Shown here: one piece after another, positions 33,091 through 35,078 of the stretch
How positions within the stretch are numbered: position 1 is the stretch's first letter
Layout of the letters: every line of letters begins with the position of its first letter
Origin: a virus
Taxonomy: Duplodnaviria; Caudoviricetes
Length of the DNA: 35,078 nucleotides
Virus record (IMG/VR): IMGVR_UViG_3300032218_002070
Span: 1 to 35,078 of that record
Reading direction: 5' to 3' (one strand)
Notes under the pieces: generated by a model
Database searches by the model: none
Told to the model about the DNA's origin: nothing
Seen by the model: the letters and a program-made list of their open reading frames with translations, nothing else
Position numbers and translations under genes: made by a program

Positions 33091-33248
33091 ACAGGAATAA
33101 CCTCCACATCACTCACTGAAACACTACCTATGCACTTATAATAAGTTGCGAGTTGTGAAGCATTCATTTCAGTATTCACAAGGAATTGTATTCTAACTGT
33201 AGCACCATCTACAAGGGATGATAGGATGACTGCAAACTTATTATTCAT
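33087..33248 (-). CDS. Hypothetical protein (53 aa)
   Basis: Not in the ORF track. MNNKFAVILSSLVDGATVRIQFLVNTEMNASQLATYYKCIGSVSVSDVEVIPV; ATGA overlaps at both ends. Confidence 0.75.
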   Translation of the reverse strand: MNNKFAVILSSLVDGATVRIQFLVNTEMNASQLATYYKCIGSVSVSDVEVIPV

Positions 33249-33523
33249 CTGTAGCACATACTCTCTAAGTATCCTATGATTTTACTCATAGATTGTTCAT
33301 CCGTCAACCTTGCAGCAGGATTAAAACCAAGATAGTTATTATGAGTATTCAACCACCACCTCATTTGTTCATCTCCTCGCTCTTCATCATTAGGTAGTCC
33401 AAGCAAATTATAAAGAGCAGCATACATTCTCAATAGTTGCACAGGATCAATATCGCCCAAAGGCATATGAAGAATATTTGCAACTTTAGTTGCTGCATTT
33501 TTAAGAATTTCTTGTTGGTTCAT
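33245..33523 (-). CDS. Xre/MbcA/ParS-type antitoxin C-terminal (toxin-binding, DUF2384-like) domain protein
   Basis: C-terminal MRWWLNTHNNYLGFNPAARLTDEQSMSKIIGYLESM fits the W-L-x-x-x-N-x-x-L-G-x-x-P...I/V-x-x-Y-L pattern. The likely start is ATG 33523 (MNQQ), 1 nt after the upstream stop, rather than 33553. Confidence 0.65.
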   Translation of the reverse strand: MNQQEILKNAATKVANILHMPLGDIDPVQLLRMYAALYNLLGLPNDEERGDEQMRWWLNTHNNYLGFNPAARLTDEQSMSKIIGYLESMCYR

Positions 33524-33524
33524 T

Positions 33525-34229
33525 TCAGTATTTTTGTAAAGTATAAAATCCATTCTTTTCTAGAATAGCAGAACAGGTATCCACCCAATCTCCACAGCAC
33601 ATATAAGTCATCTTACCAAATTTACGAATGTTTGCATGATGAATGTGCCCACAGATGATACCATCATACTTCTTATCTTGTTGAATGCAATATCCAATAA
33701 TATCATTTTCATACTTATCAATATATCCCTTACCTCTTTGAGTGTTCTTTAAGAAATACACTAAAGAGAACCGAAAGAACCGTTCCAACCAAATACTTAA
33801 AGGTGTGATAAACTCATAACCTTTATTAAACATCAGTTGTTTCCAAGAACCAGAAGAGAACTCAGAGTGCTTATCTCCGTGAGTACAGAGATACTTTCCA
33901 CCTTGTTTATCCTTATGAACGTATTCATCACACATCATAAAGTTCTTGTGCTCAAAGGTACAATACCTTCGGATAGCTCCTTCGTGATTACCAAGAACAT
34001 AAACAACTTCTGTGCCTTTCTTACACAAATCCAAAAGAGCATGAACGCATTCAGTGTGCTCTCGTTTCCATCTGGTATTATACTTCTCCATACAATAGAT
34101 GTCAATAATATCACCTACCATTACCAGTTTCTTAGTTTTGAGTTCTTTGAGAAACTTGAGTAATTTTTGAGTATTACATCTTTCAGTTCCTAAATGAACG
34201 TCAGAAATAAAAACAGTATCGTAAGTCAT
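33525..34229 (-). CDS. Calcineurin-like metallophosphoesterase, LpxH/YbbF-like (UDP-2,3-diacylglucosamine diphosphatase family)
   Basis: All five motifs present: SDVHLG, GDIID, GNHE, HGD and GHIH, plus GDWV. The likely start is ATG 34229 (MTYDTVF) through a TGATG overlap, rather than 34250. Confidence 0.88.
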   Translation of the reverse strand: MTYDTVFISDVHLGTERCNTQKLLKFLKELKTKKLVMVGDIIDIYCMEKYNTRWKREHTECVHALLDLCKKGTEVVYVLGNHEGAIRRYCTFEHKNFMMCDEYVHKDKQGGKYLCTHGDKHSEFSSGSWKQLMFNKGYEFITPLSIWLERFFRFSLVYFLKNTQRGKGYIDKYENDIIGYCIQQDKKYDGIICGHIHHANIRKFGKMTYMCCGDWVDTCSAILEKNGFYTLQKY

Positions 34230-34393
34230 CAATGTGTCCTCAAAGTCCAATGTTGAGTATATATGATCCAGGGTTCTTCTTTCTGTTGCATTATAGCAAA
34301 CCAGTGTTGTCCTCGTTCATCAATCGCATCAAGATAATGCACTCCATACCTATCAATCGCACGGGAGATATGTTTGAATTTTTGTGGTTTCAT
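34229..34393 (-). CDS. Hypothetical protein (54 aa)
   Basis: Not in the ORF track. MKPQKFKHISRAIDRYGVHYLDAIDERGQHWFAIMQQKEEPWIIYTQHWTLRTH; ATGA overlap upstream and TGATG overlap downstream. Confidence 0.8.
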   Translation of the reverse strand: MKPQKFKHISRAIDRYGVHYLDAIDERGQHWFAIMQQKEEPWIIYTQHWTLRTH

Positions 34394-34581
34394 AATGCTT
34401 CAACCTCATCGGCAATTTGTCGCAACTTATCTATAGGACATTCCAACTCCCCTAAATCTGTACATAATCTATCAGCAACCTCACGGATAACGCAAGCAAC
34501 AACTTTCTTTCTGTCTTCACTTTGAGGACGGAGAGTAAGTTCCATCGTAGCATCTACGATTTGTTGTGCTCTTTCAGTCAT
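34390..34581 (-). CDS. Hypothetical protein (63 aa, helical)
   Basis: MTERAQQIVDA...VACVIREVAD...LRQIADEVEAL; GAGG upstream; coupled to the next ORF. Confidence 0.75.
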   Translation of the reverse strand: MTERAQQIVDATMELTLRPQSEDRKKVVACVIREVADRLCTDLGELECPIDKLRQIADEVEAL

Positions 34582-34722
34582 TTTTGTTTTTTACCTCAAT
34601 TGCTTCTTCAATAAGTGAAATAGTTTTTTCAGTTTGTCTCATATTGGATTTATAATAAACCAAAAGATTTTCAAGGTCTCTTGATGTTTTTGATAGATAG
34701 ATGTTTTGTTCGTTGGTAATCA

Positions 34723-34860
34723 TTAGTCTTGTTCTGCGGAGATAACTACTTTTTCAAACCAAAATTCAACTACGGGTTTAGTACGATACCCACAATCTAC
34801 CTCAACCTTTGCGGTTTTTGGATACTGCTCTAATATTTTAATCAGTTCTTCTACTGTCAT
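34723..34860 (-). CDS. Hypothetical protein (45 aa), first gene after the early promoter
   Basis: MTVEELIKILEQYPKTAKVEVDCGYRTKPVVEFWFEKVVISAEQD; AAGGA SD. The 'MTVxELIxxLxxYP' start is common among small phage genes. Confidence 0.75.
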   Translation of the reverse strand: MTVEELIKILEQYPKTAKVEVDCGYRTKPVVEFWFEKVVISAEQD

Positions 34861-34884
34861 TGAAGTTCCTTTGTTTGTCCTACT

Positions 34885-34942
34885 ATTATAGGGCATCAAG
34901 AGGCATCTGTGAAGTGCTCTTGTGCCAGTTCGTCAGGTGTCC
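34885..34942 (-). promoter_or_regulatory. Host-like early promoter TTCACA-N17-TATAAT with upstream GGACAC and AACTGGCACA boxes
   Basis: Minus strand GGACACCTGACGAACTGGCACAAGAGCAC TTCACA GATGCCTCTTGATGCCC TATAAT; -10 at 34885-34890, -35 at 34908-34913. Confidence 0.8.
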
Positions 34943-35078
34943 TAAAACTCTTCTCAAAGTTCTTCCACCCTTCTTCTAATTGTTTGTCGGCCCATCCCCA
35001 GGCCCCATGTTCCATTCCATCTATACCCGCTGCGTCAATCTCTCCTTTGATTAAGGAGCGCAGAATTTGAATTTGTTC
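34896..35078 (-). CDS. Hypothetical protein, 3' part (5' end outside the window)
   Basis: Open frame EQIQILRSLIKGEIDAAGIDGMEHGAWGWADKQLEEGWKNFEKSFRTPDELAQEHFTDAS-stop; its tail runs through the promoter boxes. Confidence 0.65.
   Translation of the reverse strand, partial: EQIQILRSLIKGEIDAAGIDGMEHGAWGWADKQLEEGWKNFEKSFRTPDELAQEHFTDAS

Noticed and set aside
2221-34525. All plus-strand ORFs in the track (for example 5073-5414, 5609-5953, 30873-31295, 33837-34163, 34232-34525)
   Set aside because: They are antisense shadows of well-supported minus-strand genes, mostly with non-ATG starts and no recognisable motifs.
1-35078. tRNA, rRNA, CRISPR array, IS element or diversity-generating retroelement
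   Set aside because: Coding density is near complete. No cloverleaf, spaced direct repeats, transposase, reverse transcriptase or template/variable repeat pair was seen by eye; a self-dotplot and tRNAscan run would be needed to exclude subtle cases.

Overview
This window is a segment of a T4-like myovirus genome, most likely a T4-like cyanophage (Kyanoviridae-type; inferred from gene content, order and promoter motifs). Every credible gene is on the minus strand. In transcription order (right to left), it opens with a cluster of small, tightly coupled early-type genes behind a host-like sigma70 promoter with upstream boxes. That cluster includes an LpxH/YbbF-like metallophosphoesterase and an orphan Xre/MbcA/ParS-like antitoxin domain. 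Next come a GT-A glycosyltransferase-like gene and four small genes. The virion module follows: g25, g6, a very large g7-like gene plus a separate 898-aa partner, g8, a VrlC-like 2143-aa structural protein, two small ORFs (one NblA-like), g13, g14, g15, g16, a modular basic protein, g17, g18, g19 and the 5' end of g20. T4-type late promoter cores (TAAATA) precede many structural genes. The most interesting candidates are: (i) the g16-g17 protein, which reads like a string of short basic modules joined at prohead-protease-like E sites and has an internal capsid-targeting-like motif; (ii) an orphan antitoxin-like gene coupled to a phosphoesterase, a possible counter-defence cassette; (iii) an NblA-like gene in the late module; (iv) a glycosyltransferase heading an operon of proteins rich in G-[IV]-[GS]-[ST] motifs; and (v) a two-hairpin element that hides a ribosome-binding site. 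All family calls come from motif recognition by eye; no database searches were run.
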